A DNA stretch of 64,000 bases from an uncultured Veillonellaceae bacterium (GCA_963805085.1 CAWDTA010000005.1:320001-384000); one strand, 5' to 3'; positions 1 through 11,288 are shown, counted from the stretch's first letter. Notes: generated by a model from the letters alone, not told the origin. A program made the numbers and translations.

Positions 1-254
1 TAAGTGAGCAACAAGCAGCAAATTTGAGTGAAAAGGATACGATTATTGGACATTCAATTGCAGGAAACTTAACTACTACTGGAACGGTACGTTTTATTAC
101 AGCAGCACCGGGATTTGCGGATCTTAAGATGAGTAGGGAAAAAAGTCAGGCAGATTTGAGTGCTTTTCAAGTGCGTATTTATGTTGAAGCGCAAGATAAA
201 CTTTTGCCGGGAATGACCATTGAGGTGAAAAAAGATGAATTCACTAAAAGATGA
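1..254 (+). CDS. HlyD-family secretion/membrane fusion protein, C-terminal part (truncated by window start)
   Basis: C-terminal beta-barrel-like segment GTVRFITAAPGFA...DLSAFQVRIYVE...LLPGMTIEV; overlaps the ABC permease start. Confidence 0.7.
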   Translation, partial: SEQQAANLSEKDTIIGHSIAGNLTTTGTVRFITAAPGFADLKMSREKSQADLSAFQVRIYVEAQDKLLPGMTIEVKKDEFTKR

Positions 255-1410
255 GCTACGATATTTCTTCTCGGGTGAGGGAATGCCTTATGGAAAGGTC
301 TCTCTGATAGTGGTTATAGTCGTCACTTCAATTTTTATGGCGTGTTTTTCTAATAATAATTATATCGAAGAAGGCAATATCGTTGTTGTTGACATTGATA
401 ATTCTAAGTATAGCCATGAATTTATTGATGAACTGAATGCATCGCAATACATCCATGTGGATAAGGTACTCAACATGCCAGTTAATCCACAGACACTTTT
501 TTATCAGACGCGTCATCTGGCAGTGGTGTACTTACCGAAGGGGTTTGAGAAGAATCGTTATAATATGTCGGTGAATAATATAGGAGTATTATATGACAAT
601 ACGAATTTGTCACAATCCAGTAGTATAAAAGAGGCGCTAAATGCAATAGTAGCCACAGAAAATGCAAAAATTGGTTCTGGTCAGATTCAGGCACTGGGGT
701 TGAGTAGTGAACAGGCAAGTGGTGTGATGAATAATATTTCGCTTAATAAGAGGGATTTATTCAACCCAGTCAGTTCCTATGTTGATACAGTTGTTATAGG
801 ATTCATGTTCTTCTTTTCTAGTGTGTTTTTCACCTTAGCTGTTATTGGCATCATCCCACGGTTGAGGTTAGAGCATAAATGGGAGATAGAAGTTCTGATG
901 GGAAGCCCGCTTGCAACAATGCTGCGGCTGGTGCCTTATGTACTCTGTTTTGTGGGGGCGAATGTGGTAGGCATGGTAATGCTTCGTTTGATAGGTGATC
1001 TTAAATTTCAAGGTAGTTTCCTACTTTTTTTACCAGCAGTGTTTATTTTGGCTACATCCCTTGGCATCTTGGCGATGTTCGTAGGTTGGAATGCACCAAA
1101 TCCAGGCATGGCCGGCAGTCGCATGATTTTTTTTGTACCGCCAGGATTTATTCTTAGCGGGATGACGATACCAGTAGATTATTTTCCAAAGTGGGTGCAG
1201 ATTGGATCACATTTTTTCCCATTAGTTTGGTTATATAAATTCACTAAGGATATTATCATGCGAGGAACTTCCTTTTGGGATTGTGCATCGGAATATGGTG
1301 GGTTTTTGATTTATTTAGGTATTTTTGCAGTTGTTTTTAGTCTACGCTTTTTTCGTCAACGACAGAAAATGTTGTTAGTTTTGGATGCAGCAGATAACAA
1401 GAACATATAA
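235..1410 (+). CDS. ABC-2 type transporter permease (YhhJ/YbhS-like)
   Basis: N-terminal TM, VVVDIDNSKYS motif, large loop, multiple C-terminal TMs with LSGMTIP.DYFPKW. Confidence 0.85.
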   Translation: MNSLKDELRYFFSGEGMPYGKVSLIVVIVVTSIFMACFSNNNYIEEGNIVVVDIDNSKYSHEFIDELNASQYIHVDKVLNMPVNPQTLFYQTRHLAVVYLPKGFEKNRYNMSVNNIGVLYDNTNLSQSSSIKEALNAIVATENAKIGSGQIQALGLSSEQASGVMNNISLNKRDLFNPVSSYVDTVVIGFMFFFSSVFFTLAVIGIIPRLRLEHKWEIEVLMGSPLATMLRLVPYVLCFVGANVVGMVMLRLIGDLKFQGSFLLFLPAVFILATSLGILAMFVGWNAPNPGMAGSRMIFFVPPGFILSGMTIPVDYFPKWVQIGSHFFPLVWLYKFTKDIIMRGTSFWDCASEYGGFLIYLGIFAVVFSLRFFRQRQKMLLVLDAADNKNI

Positions 1411-1427
1411 TAGGGGAGAGATGATGG

Positions 1428-1856
1428 ATGAAACTTGACACAATATTGGTTCCAGTGGATGGCTCCGAACAAAGTTGGCGGGCATTGGAACAGGCCGTCT
1501 ATTTTGCGAGTATTTGCAATGCACATATCGATATCCTTTATGTTTTGGACCTCAGCGTCAATATTACAGATCTGGATCGTGTGAGTACATGTGGATATAT
1601 TCCTGTGGAAATAAAAGAAGAAGCTTATTCATTGCTAAAAAAAGCAGCGGCGAAGGTGGTGCCAGGGGTGGAAGTTTGTACGTTTTTGAATATTGGTTCT
1701 CCGGCCTCGACGATTATCGACTTTTGTGCGGCTAGATCATATGATCTCATCATCATGGGAAATCGTGGGCTAGGAAAAATTCAGCAAATCCTCATCGGCA
1801 GTGTAAGCCGTTATGTGCTTTATCATGCGGACTGTCCTGTGCTTGTTGTGAGGTAG
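1428..1856 (+). CDS. Universal stress protein (UspA family)
   Basis: ILVPVDGSEQSWRAL N-terminus; DLIIMGNRGLG..LIGSVSRYVLYHADCPVLVVR C-terminus. Confidence 0.93.
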   Translation: MKLDTILVPVDGSEQSWRALEQAVYFASICNAHIDILYVLDLSVNITDLDRVSTCGYIPVEIKEEAYSLLKKAAAKVVPGVEVCTFLNIGSPASTIIDFCAARSYDLIIMGNRGLGKIQQILIGSVSRYVLYHADCPVLVVR

Positions 1857-1877
1857 AAAAAGAACAGGAGCTATTTT

Positions 1878-3185
1878 ATGTTAACGAAAAAATTAGTTGT
1901 GAGTATATTATTGAACGGGATATTAGTGGGAATGCTTTTGCCACCGAAATTTGTTGAAGCGGAAAAACTTACTCTGGAGGAAAGCATTACTTTAGCTTTT
2001 GCAAACAACGAACAGATTAAGGCTACAGCAAGCAGTGAAAAGGCTGCAATCTGGGATTGGAAGAAAGCGAAAGGAGAACAGGGGCTCAATATAGGATTTT
2101 CTCATACATCGGCTAAAATTGGTGGAGAATACTGGAAGATTTATAATGTTAAGGATGATCCATCTGATTATTTTATCAATGAATTTTCGGCTTCATTGCC
2201 ATTGTATACAGGGGGGGGGCTGGAAAATAAAGTTAAAAAAACGGGGGTTGAAGTAGAAATTAGTGACCTCCAATTGGAAGCGGTTAAGCAGGATATTAAA
2301 TATCAAACAATCAAGGCCTATTATGATATTCTGGACTGTAAAAATATCCAGAAAGTCAGGGAAGAAGCCGTTAGTGAACTGGAAGAACATCTAAAAAATG
2401 TTCAGGATCAATTTTACGTCGGAGCGGTTGCACGTGTTGACGTATTGCGTTCTGAGGTAGAGTTGGCCAATGCAAAACAAAATCTTGTAACGGCACAGAA
2501 TAACTTACGCATTGCGCAGTCAATATTCAATAAGGTGGTTGGGTTGGACATAATGCAGAAAACCGAAACTGCCGATGAGCTAGGATATGAGCCAAAACAT
2601 TATGATTTGGCTCAATGTGTAGAGTACGCCTTGCAGCATCAGCCGAATGCTCTTATTGCTGAAAAAAGTGTTTCTTTGGCTACCACGGAGCAAAAGATTG
2701 CAGCTGCAAGTTACAAGCCAGAAATTGCAGCTATAGCGACTTATGCGACATATGATACCAAAATAAGTGAATTCAATACCAAAGAATGGTTAGTTGGGGT
2801 CAATGCAAAGTTCAATATATTCGATAACCAGGTTACGCATGACAAGGTTAAAGCTGCCGACGCAAATATTGAGGTAGCGAAGCATCAGAAAAATGATACA
2901 AATTCGGGAGTCGAACTTGCTGTTCAGCAGGCCTATCTTAACATGACACGTGCTGAGAGTAATATAGAGACGAATCGAGTCGCAGTGGAAAAGGCAAAAG
3001 AAGATTTCAAGTTGGCGAGTTTGCGTTATAAAGTCGACCTTGCTAACAACGTGGAGGTCATGGATGCGCAGGTAGCGCTTACGACTGCGAAAACGGCTTA
3101 TGAGCAATCATTATATGATTATAATCTCAGTAAGGCCGAATTAGAAAAAGCTATGGGAGTGAAAGATGAACGTGTAACTGGATAA
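1878..3185 (+). CDS. TolC-family outer membrane efflux protein
   Basis: Signal peptide, LTLEESITLA, PLYTGG, two OEP-like repeats, YDYNLSKAELEKAMG C-terminus. Confidence 0.9.
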   Translation: MLTKKLVVSILLNGILVGMLLPPKFVEAEKLTLEESITLAFANNEQIKATASSEKAAIWDWKKAKGEQGLNIGFSHTSAKIGGEYWKIYNVKDDPSDYFINEFSASLPLYTGGGLENKVKKTGVEVEISDLQLEAVKQDIKYQTIKAYYDILDCKNIQKVREEAVSELEEHLKNVQDQFYVGAVARVDVLRSEVELANAKQNLVTAQNNLRIAQSIFNKVVGLDIMQKTETADELGYEPKHYDLAQCVEYALQHQPNALIAEKSVSLATTEQKIAAASYKPEIAAIATYATYDTKISEFNTKEWLVGVNAKFNIFDNQVTHDKVKAADANIEVAKHQKNDTNSGVELAVQQAYLNMTRAESNIETNRVAVEKAKEDFKLASLRYKVDLANNVEVMDAQVALTTAKTAYEQSLYDYNLSKAELEKAMGVKDERVTG

Positions 3186-3220
3186 GTTAAGTAAGATAAA
3201 TGAATATGATGAGTATGTTG

Positions 3221-3255
3221 AAAGTGCATTTCCTAGTCATGGAAATGCACTTTTT
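3221..3255 (+). terminator. Intrinsic terminator after tolC
   Basis: aaagtgcatttcc-loop-ggaaatgcacttttt hairpin with T-run. Confidence 0.75.
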
Positions 3256-3270
3256 AATTCTACATATGGA

Positions 3271-3363
3271 ATAAAAAAACTACAAGGACAAGTAGATGAA
3301 CTAAATATGGAGAATGAACTATTAAAAAAATTCTAGGTCTTCTTGAAGCAAAAGAAAGTGTAA
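3271..3363 (+). mobile_element. IS3-family OrfA C-terminal remnant
   Basis: Translates IKKLQGQVDELNMENELLKKF*, typical OrfA leucine-zipper tail with A-run; rest of element absent. Confidence 0.55.
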
Positions 3364-3420
3364 GATTTGCCGACATCTTACATTTTACAAACTGGAAATT
3401 AAAGTTAAAATTGAATGCCA

Positions 3421-3482
3421 TTGACAAAAAAGACATCCATATATTATAATTTGATTGTGGTCAAATTATAATATATGGATGT
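3421..3482 (+). promoter_or_regulatory. sigma-A promoter of tetR overlapped by a 22-bp-arm palindrome (candidate autoregulatory operator)
   Basis: TTGACA 3421-3426, TATAAT 3445-3450; perfect inverted repeat acatccatatattataatttga-ttgtgg-tcaaattataatatatggatgt 3433-3482. Confidence 0.75.
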
Positions 3483-3490
3483 GACTTAGT

Positions 3491-4108
3491 ATGGCAAGAA
3501 CACCACAAGCCCCTGAAATTCGAATCAATGAAATTTTAGATGTTGCACAAAAATGCTTTATTAATAAGGGCTATCGTAAAACTACAATAAGTGGTATTGC
3601 TAAAGAAATGGGTGTAGCAAAAGGTATGCTTTATTATTATTTTAAATCGAAGGAGGAATTGTTAGAAGTATTGCTGAATCGTCATTCAGATTTGTTTTTA
3701 AGCGAAATAAAACAGATGGCTGATTCAGAGAGTATTATGCCGTCTGAGAAAATTGGACGAATGTTTGAGCAAGTAATTCATGGTGTTTTTTATAAAGATG
3801 GTGAACTTTTAAGTATCCTTTATGATGAGAAAAACTTATATATTAAGGAAAAAGTAGCTTCTTATTGTGGAGATTCATTTATGAATATAGGGAAAAAAGT
3901 TATTGTGGAGGGAAAGGAAAAAAAAGAGTTCTTTGTTGAACAGGAAGAAGCTGTACTTGAGTTTCTTATATTGATTTTAAGCTTTCTTATTGAAATATTT
4001 TATAAACAATTACCTAGTGACATTTTGCAAGTACGAGTGAAAATGGCAGAAAATATGATTGAAAAGTTATTGAATAGCAAGACAGGATCAATTCATTTGA
4101 ATCTATAA
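3491..4108 (+). CDS. TetR/AcrR-family transcriptional regulator
   Basis: N-terminal HTH ILDVAQKCF..KGYRKTTISGIAKEMGVAKGMLYYYFKSKEELL. Confidence 0.93.
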   Translation: MARTPQAPEIRINEILDVAQKCFINKGYRKTTISGIAKEMGVAKGMLYYYFKSKEELLEVLLNRHSDLFLSEIKQMADSESIMPSEKIGRMFEQVIHGVFYKDGELLSILYDEKNLYIKEKVASYCGDSFMNIGKKVIVEGKEKKEFFVEQEEAVLEFLILILSFLIEIFYKQLPSDILQVRVKMAENMIEKLLNSKTGSIHLNL

Positions 4109-4171
4109 AATAAAAATATACGAGAGAAGCCGTAATTCTAAAAAGTTATTTAGATTTGCGGTTTTTTAGGC

Positions 4172-4199
4172 AAATTAATTGACCGTGGTCAATTAATTT
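4172..4199. promoter_or_regulatory. Candidate TetR operator upstream of RND operon
   Basis: Perfect palindrome aaattaattgacc-gt-ggtcaattaattt; core TTGA..GTGGTCAA shared with the tetR promoter palindrome. Confidence 0.7.
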
Positions 4200-4272
4200 A
4201 TTAGGGCCATTTATAAAAAATTTATTGAAATATTGTGTCAAAATATATAACTATAGGAAGTGGTAAACGAAG

Positions 4273-5376
4273 ATGTTGAATACTTTAAAAAAGAGTAGAA
4301 AAACAGCTGTTTTGTTAGGTATTGTAATTATAGTCTTTGTGGTAATATTTTTGTTGCGTGGAAAAGATGAAGTACCTGTAGCCAAGGAAGAAATTACTAT
4401 GGTACATACGATGAAAATTGCCGCAAATGCCATCGCACAAAATTACACATATTCTGGGGAAGTGAGAGGCCGTTATGAGAGCAAGCTGGCATTTCAGGTA
4501 AAGGGAAAAATTGTTTGTAGAAATGTACAGCTAGGAAGTTCGGTCACTACAGGTGATGTGCTTATGCAGATTGATGCTAAGGATATCGTGCAAACAGTAA
4601 ATACTAATTCTGCATCAGTTGATTCGGCAAAATCGGAGTTGGAACTTGCGCAGAGTGATTTAAGCCGTTATCAGGAATTAGTTAATGGAGGGGTTATCAG
4701 TCAGGCAACATATGATAAATATGTCAATGCCTATAATGTAAGTGCGGCAAGAGTACGACAGACACAGGCGCAATACACGCAGAGTGTTAATGAGATGGAC
4801 TATAGCTTGCTGAAATCTGATAAATCAGGTGTCATATCGAGTATTTCCGCCGAAATCGGACAAGTGGTAAGTCCGGGACAGGTTGTTGTCACTTTAGTAC
4901 AAGATGGTGAACGTGAAATAGAAATTAATGTGCCGGAAAATCGTATTGAAGATTTAAGGCAGGCACAGGATATTAAAGTGAATTTTTGGGCTTTAGGCAA
5001 TGAAAGCGTAAGTGGTTTTGTCAGAGAAATTGCACCGATGGCAGATCCAAGCACACGGACCTTTAAAGTGCGTATTAGTATTCCAAATCCACCAACTGAT
5101 ATGAAACTTGGTATGACAGCAACCGTAAGTATACCGCGAAGCAGTGGTAATTTGATGAAAATTCCTATTGATGCAATTTATCAAAATAGCGAAACTCCGG
5201 CAGTTTGGAAGATTAAAGATGATGAACTTTCCTTGTGCCCGATTCAGGTTGGCAATTATGGATCTGATACAGTTGAAGTTTTATCTGGTTTGCAAGAAGG
5301 TGACTGTATTGTAACAAAAGGCGTTCATATGTTAACAGAAGGGCAAAAAGTAAAATCCGGTGGTGACTCGTTATGA
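4273..5376 (+). CDS. RND efflux periplasmic adaptor (membrane fusion) subunit
   Basis: N-terminal TM, SGEVRGRYESKLAFQVKGKI, lipoyl/hairpin architecture, APMADPSTRTFKVR. Confidence 0.92.
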   Translation: MLNTLKKSRKTAVLLGIVIIVFVVIFLLRGKDEVPVAKEEITMVHTMKIAANAIAQNYTYSGEVRGRYESKLAFQVKGKIVCRNVQLGSSVTTGDVLMQIDAKDIVQTVNTNSASVDSAKSELELAQSDLSRYQELVNGGVISQATYDKYVNAYNVSAARVRQTQAQYTQSVNEMDYSLLKSDKSGVISSISAEIGQVVSPGQVVVTLVQDGEREIEINVPENRIEDLRQAQDIKVNFWALGNESVSGFVREIAPMADPSTRTFKVRISIPNPPTDMKLGMTATVSIPRSSGNLMKIPIDAIYQNSETPAVWKIKDDELSLCPIQVGNYGSDTVEVLSGLQEGDCIVTKGVHMLTEGQKVKSGGDSL

Positions 5377-8300
5377 AAAAAAGTTTCAATTTAACGGAGT
5401 GGGCTCTAAACCATAAACAATATATTTACTTCTTTGTAGTGCTGCTATTTGCCGTGGGGATATTTTCGTATAAAAGTCTTGGCCGGTTGGAAGATCCTGA
5501 TTTTACAATCAAACAGATGGTCATCAGTGTACCATGGCCAGGTGCAACTGCTGGTGAAGTACAAGAACAGGTAACAGATAAAATTGAAAAGAAATTACAG
5601 GATCTTCCTGGATTGGATTATTTGAAAAGTTATTCTATGCCAGGGCAGACTGTAATTTATGTAAATGTAAAAGATACCATTCAAAAAGAACAAATACGTA
5701 ATCGGTGGCTGGAAGCTCGTAATATGGTTAATGATATGAAGGGAACTTTGCCGGAAGGAACGCTGGAACCAATATTCAATGATCGTTTTGATGAAGTTTA
5801 CGGTGTTATTTATACATTGACTGGTAATGATTATAGTTATGAAGAAAAACGTGAAAAAGCAGAAAAAATTCGGCGCATGCTGCTGGATACGCCCAGTGTT
5901 CGTAAAGTTAAGCTTATCGGTGTTCAGACTGAAAAAATTTATATTGAAATTGAAAACAGCAAACTTGCCCAACTCGCAATTGATCCGAATCTGATTACGC
6001 AGACATTGCAAGCGCAGAATTCAATGATTCCAGCAGGCATGCTAGAAACACATTCGGATGATTTATACCTTAGAGTTACAGGGATGTTCGAGGATACAGA
6101 AGACATTAGTAATACGCCTATTTCAGCGAATGGTAGAACTTTTCGTTTGAGTGATATTGCAAAAATAACACGCAGTTATGCAGAACCACAGGATCCGAAA
6201 ATGTTTTATAATGGTGAGCCGACAATTGGTATTGCTCTTGCGATGGAGTCTGGTGGAAACATTTTGACACTGGGGGATAATTTAGATAAAACTGTTGCCC
6301 AGATAAAAAAGAAACTACCGTCTGGCTTAATGCTAAATCAGACGGTTAATCAACCCAAGGTTGTAGACGTGTCTATTAATGAATTTATTCATTCGTTGGC
6401 TGAAGCCGTTATTATTGTTTTAATTGTTAGTTTTGCGAGCTTGGGAGTACGTTCGGGAATCATCGTTGCACTGTGCATTCCCTTGGTTATTGCCGCGGTA
6501 TTTGGGTTTATGTATTTAGACGGAATATCTCTGCAGAATATTTCGCTGGGGTCTCTAATTATTGCACTGGGGCTGCTCGTAGATGATGCGATTATTACAA
6601 TTGAGATGATATCAGTAAAACTTGAGCAAGGTTGGACACGGTTTAATGCAACGTGTTTTGCTTATACGTCCACGGCTTATCCAAGATTGTGTGGCGCGAT
6701 GGTTACTTGTGCAGGGTTTATTCCAGTTGGTTTTTCGCCTGGCAGTGCAGCAGAAGCCGTAGGATCAATTTTTCAGGTTATAACGGCATCATTAGTTATT
6801 TCATGGATTGTCGCCGGTACAGTAACACCACTATTGGGATATCAATTTATTAAGGTAAAGCCCATTGAAAGTAAAGATGGTGAAACTGAAAAATCGATAT
6901 ATGATAGCAAGTTTTATCATAAATTCAAACAAATATTAATTTTCTTTTTAACGCATCGAAAAAAGGTACTTATTGTAACACTCATTTGTTTTTTAGGCTC
7001 ATGCGCGCTTATGGGAAATATAAAAAAAGAATTCTTTGGTGCAACAAAGCGGCCGGAACTTATCGTGCAGCTGCAACTACAAGAAGGCGCTTCTTTAAAA
7101 AATATCGAAGCGGGAGCAAATCAATTTGCTCAGATGATCGATGGGGATGAGGATATTGCTTATTACACGTATCATGTTGGTGAAGGTGCGCCGCGTTTTG
7201 TATTGGCTTATGAGCCGATATTTAATAAAACAAATTTTTCCGAATTTGTTATTGTTGCTAAAGACAGGGAAGCCCGAGATAGACTGGATACAAAAATAAA
7301 AGAGAATGCAGAGAATCATCTACCAGGGGTACGGATTCATACAAAACTTCTCAGCAATGGACCGCCGGCTGAGTATCCGGTTATGCTCCGGGTCAGAGGT
7401 TATGATGTTGAGGAGGTACGGGAAATTGCTAAAAATGTACAGAGCGTCATGATGAAAAATCAAGGAATATCTAAGACAGCACTTAACTGGGATGAAAAAT
7501 CAAAGGTGATTCATCTGTCGATTGATCAGGATAAAGCTAGGGCTTTGGGGATTACAAGTCAGGCTATAAAAGGTGCTTTACAGACGAATGTTTCGGGTAC
7601 ATCTATTGCTGAATTCAGAGAAACAGATAAGACGGTCAAGATGCTTCTGCGTTGTGAAAATCCGGAACGAAACGATCCATCAAACCTTAAAAATTTGAAT
7701 ATCCGTACAGCAAATGGTATGTATGTTCCGCTCGATCAGATTGCTAAAATAAGTTATGAAGCGGAAGAGGGACTTATCTATCGCTATGATCTCAAACCGA
7801 TGATTATAGTACAGGGAGAAGTGAAACCAGGGGTAACGGGAAATGATGTCACACAAGCTGTATATGATGAGTTAAAAGATGCTCGCGATAATCTGCCGTT
7901 TGGGTACAGTATTGAATTTGATGGTGCAATGGAAAATAGTATTAAGGCATCTAAATATCTTGCTGAACCTATACCAGCTATGATTATTATAATTATGCTT
8001 ATTTTAATGACGCAATTGCAAAGTATTCCCAAGATGATATTAACGCTTTTGACTGCACCATTAGGGCTTATTGGGGTATCGATAGGATTATTTTTTACAG
8101 GAAGACCAATGGGGTTTGTCGTTCAATTGGGAATTTTAGCTTTAGCAGGAATTATCATGCGCAATTCGGTAATTCTTATTGACCAGATTGATCAATTGCT
8201 TAATGAAGGACAAACACTCTGGGATTCGATTATTAATGCTACAATTATGCGATTCAGACCAATCTTACTTACAGCAACAGCAGCCATTTTGGCTATGATT

Positions 8301-8465
8301 CCATTGGTTTCAAGCGTTATGTGGGGAGCGATGGCTGTTGCTATTGCATTCGGCTTGGCCGGAGCTACTATATTGACCTTATTGGTACTGCCGGTTATGT
8401 ATGCAGCATGGTATAAAGCGGAACCAAGTAAAGAAGGTCAGCAAACTAAAGCAAGTTGGAGATGA
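5373..8465 (+). CDS. RND efflux transporter permease (AcrB/HAE1-like)
   Basis: 1030 aa; LGRLEDPDFT, ALGLLVDDAII (TM4 Asp pair), RFRPILLTA; overlaps adaptor stop. Confidence 0.95.
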   Translation: MKKSFNLTEWALNHKQYIYFFVVLLFAVGIFSYKSLGRLEDPDFTIKQMVISVPWPGATAGEVQEQVTDKIEKKLQDLPGLDYLKSYSMPGQTVIYVNVKDTIQKEQIRNRWLEARNMVNDMKGTLPEGTLEPIFNDRFDEVYGVIYTLTGNDYSYEEKREKAEKIRRMLLDTPSVRKVKLIGVQTEKIYIEIENSKLAQLAIDPNLITQTLQAQNSMIPAGMLETHSDDLYLRVTGMFEDTEDISNTPISANGRTFRLSDIAKITRSYAEPQDPKMFYNGEPTIGIALAMESGGNILTLGDNLDKTVAQIKKKLPSGLMLNQTVNQPKVVDVSINEFIHSLAEAVIIVLIVSFASLGVRSGIIVALCIPLVIAAVFGFMYLDGISLQNISLGSLIIALGLLVDDAIITIEMISVKLEQGWTRFNATCFAYTSTAYPRLCGAMVTCAGFIPVGFSPGSAAEAVGSIFQVITASLVISWIVAGTVTPLLGYQFIKVKPIESKDGETEKSIYDSKFYHKFKQILIFFLTHRKKVLIVTLICFLGSCALMGNIKKEFFGATKRPELIVQLQLQEGASLKNIEAGANQFAQMIDGDEDIAYYTYHVGEGAPRFVLAYEPIFNKTNFSEFVIVAKDREARDRLDTKIKENAENHLPGVRIHTKLLSNGPPAEYPVMLRVRGYDVEEVREIAKNVQSVMMKNQGISKTALNWDEKSKVIHLSIDQDKARALGITSQAIKGALQTNVSGTSIAEFRETDKTVKMLLRCENPERNDPSNLKNLNIRTANGMYVPLDQIAKISYEAEEGLIYRYDLKPMIIVQGEVKPGVTGNDVTQAVYDELKDARDNLPFGYSIEFDGAMENSIKASKYLAEPIPAMIIIIMLILMTQLQSIPKMILTLLTAPLGLIGVSIGLFFTGRPMGFVVQLGILALAGIIMRNSVILIDQIDQLLNEGQTLWDSIINATIMRFRPILLTATAAILAMIPLVSSVMWGAMAVAIAFGLAGATILTLLVLPVMYAAWYKAEPSKEGQQTKASWR

Positions 8466-8918
8466 TAAATATGGACCAACCGGCTACAAATTCTTGCAGA
8501 CAGTATAAACAAATATTAGTTCCGATAGACGGTTCAGAAAATTCCTGTCGGGCTATAGCCGCTGCTGTTGATATAGGCAGAATTATCTCAGGCGACAATC
8601 AGTATTTTATATATCCTGACCTTTTCACAGCAAACTTCGTTGCAAAAATAAATTTATGGAGATAAAGTACCGAATGAAGTGTTTTCTAATCCGGTGGCAT
8701 ATGCATAAAAGATGCAGAAAAATTAATTCCTAAGCATATTCGTAGACGTACGTATTATGAGATTGGTGAACGCTATTACAGATTTTGTCCAGCGTAATCA
8801 ATATGATGTTATTCTCATTGGGAGTAGAGAATTAAATTTTCTTTCTGGAATATGGCAGGAAAGTGTAAGTAAATATATTACAGCGAATGCACAGTGTTCG
8901 GTTTTAATTATAAAATAG
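8462..8918 (+). pseudogene. Frameshifted universal stress protein
   Basis: KQILVPIDGSENSCRAIAAA N-terminus; later frame YDVILIGSRELNFLSGIWQESVSKYITANAQCSVLIIK*; frames disrupted in between. Confidence 0.8.
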
Positions 8919-8935
8919 AAGGGGTATTAAAAGAA

Positions 8936-10237
8936 ATGAGGTTTCGATTTTTAAAAAAACAATCATTTTTTCTGTTGATAGCATTATCTTTTTGTCAAAA
9001 TGCGTCGGCAGAATTTAATTTGTCATTAGATAATAGTGTTATACTTGCACTGAAAAATGATCCATTTTTACAGGCCGTAGAGGCACAAAAGGAACAGGCT
9101 GTTTGGGGTGTAAAAGAGGCAAAGAGCAACAAGGGAATATCTCTTGATTATCAGCATACTGACATGCGATCGACAGCACCGCACACCTGGCAAGCAACAC
9201 TGGAAGCAGTTTCGCCGTATAATTACTATAGCAATGAATTATCCGCGAATATTCCTCTGTATACTGGTGGACGGATTGAAAGCACAATCGATCAGGCGAA
9301 ACTATCACTTAATGCATCTGAACTTGAAATTGATGCAACAAAACAAAAGCTTAAACTTGAAACTGACTTGAAATATTATGAGGCATTAAAAGCGAAAACC
9401 GTTTTGGATATAGCTCATCAAATGGTAGATAATTTTAACCAGCATCTAAATAATGTACAGCAAATGTATAAGGTCGGAGTAGTGCCATGGCATGATGTAG
9501 TACAGACGAAAGTACGTATGGCGAATGCGGAAAATAATCTGGTCAAGGCACAGAGTGACTATGATTTATCCATTCGCAGCCTGAATAAAACAATGGGATT
9601 GCCGCTTGATACGGATATTAAGTTGCTTGATGTGCTTGGATATCAAAAATATGATTTAAATTTAGAAGAAATGACAGCAGAAGGATTAGAAAATCGCCCC
9701 GAAATGGCACAACAGGAAATTGCAGTCAAAATTCAGGAAAAGCAGATGAATATTGCTAGAAGTGCACAACGTCCGGATGTGCGCATAAGGGGAACTATGG
9801 CTTGGGATGATGATGATTTTGCTGGAACAGATAACCGAGATTGGACTGCCATGCTGACACTAAAACAGAATATTTTTGATTCTGGCAATACAGATGCAAA
9901 AATCAAGGCAGCAAAATCAGGTATTGTTTCTGCACAAAATATACAGCAACAAACAAGAGACAATATTGCTTTAGAAATTAGTGAAGCCTGTTTAAATATG
10001 AGGAAAGCCGAAAAGCGAATTACAACGAATAAGGTTGCAATTGAAGAAGCAAATGTAAATTTAGATATTTCTCAGAAAAGCTATAGCGCAGGGATTGATA
10101 CTAATTTAGATGTCATGGATGCCGAGCTCGCACTTGATCAGGCGAAGACAAATTATATAGATTCGCTATATGATTATAATGCAAATAAAGCAAAACTTGA
10201 TAGAGCTGTTGGCAAAAAGGTGGAAATAGAAGACTAA
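8936..10237 (+). CDS. TolC-family outer membrane efflux protein
   Basis: Signal peptide from ATG 8936, IPLYTGG, OEP repeats, YDYNANKAKLDRAVG. Confidence 0.9.
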   Translation: MRFRFLKKQSFFLLIALSFCQNASAEFNLSLDNSVILALKNDPFLQAVEAQKEQAVWGVKEAKSNKGISLDYQHTDMRSTAPHTWQATLEAVSPYNYYSNELSANIPLYTGGRIESTIDQAKLSLNASELEIDATKQKLKLETDLKYYEALKAKTVLDIAHQMVDNFNQHLNNVQQMYKVGVVPWHDVVQTKVRMANAENNLVKAQSDYDLSIRSLNKTMGLPLDTDIKLLDVLGYQKYDLNLEEMTAEGLENRPEMAQQEIAVKIQEKQMNIARSAQRPDVRIRGTMAWDDDDFAGTDNRDWTAMLTLKQNIFDSGNTDAKIKAAKSGIVSAQNIQQQTRDNIALEISEACLNMRKAEKRITTNKVAIEEANVNLDISQKSYSAGIDTNLDVMDAELALDQAKTNYIDSLYDYNANKAKLDRAVGKKVEIED

Positions 10238-10379
10238 GAAAAATACGATGGTATGACGAAGAATGATTTTGTTTTGTTCAAACGAAATAGGTAATAAAAA
10301 TAGTCATGAAAAGATGAAAGACATTGATTCCGTGTGCGCCGGTGCCCCGAAGTCGACAGTGCTAAAGCATGTCATAGAC

Positions 10380-10560
10380 GGCATGTTCCAATGCTCTCCA
10401 ACTTCCGCAATTGAGCTAAGTTCCCGTATGATTGCGATGAGCAATGCAACGGATAACACCGAAGAACTCATTCAGAAATTAGACTTGCATTATAATAAAG
10501 TGCGTCAGGCAAACATTATCCGCGAGATCAATCGTAGGTGGTGTGGAAGCCTTGAAGTAA
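10380..10560 (+). pseudogene. atpG: F1 ATP synthase gamma subunit C-terminal fragment
   Basis: [39 protein letters not shown] then frameshifted VGGVEALK*. Confidence 0.85.
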
Positions 10561-10575
10561 GGTGGTTCTCTTATA

Positions 10576-11143
<568 letters not shown>

Positions 11144-11288
11144 AGGAACTCTCTATCTTTTAATTCTCTATTAAAAAAGTCATTAAGCTTCATTTTGTAT
11201 CCCCCTTTCACAATCTAATCTATAAGACTGCGCCTCTCAATTTATTGATTCCCAAAATTAACTTTCGGGAAAGAAGGTCACTATTTTT

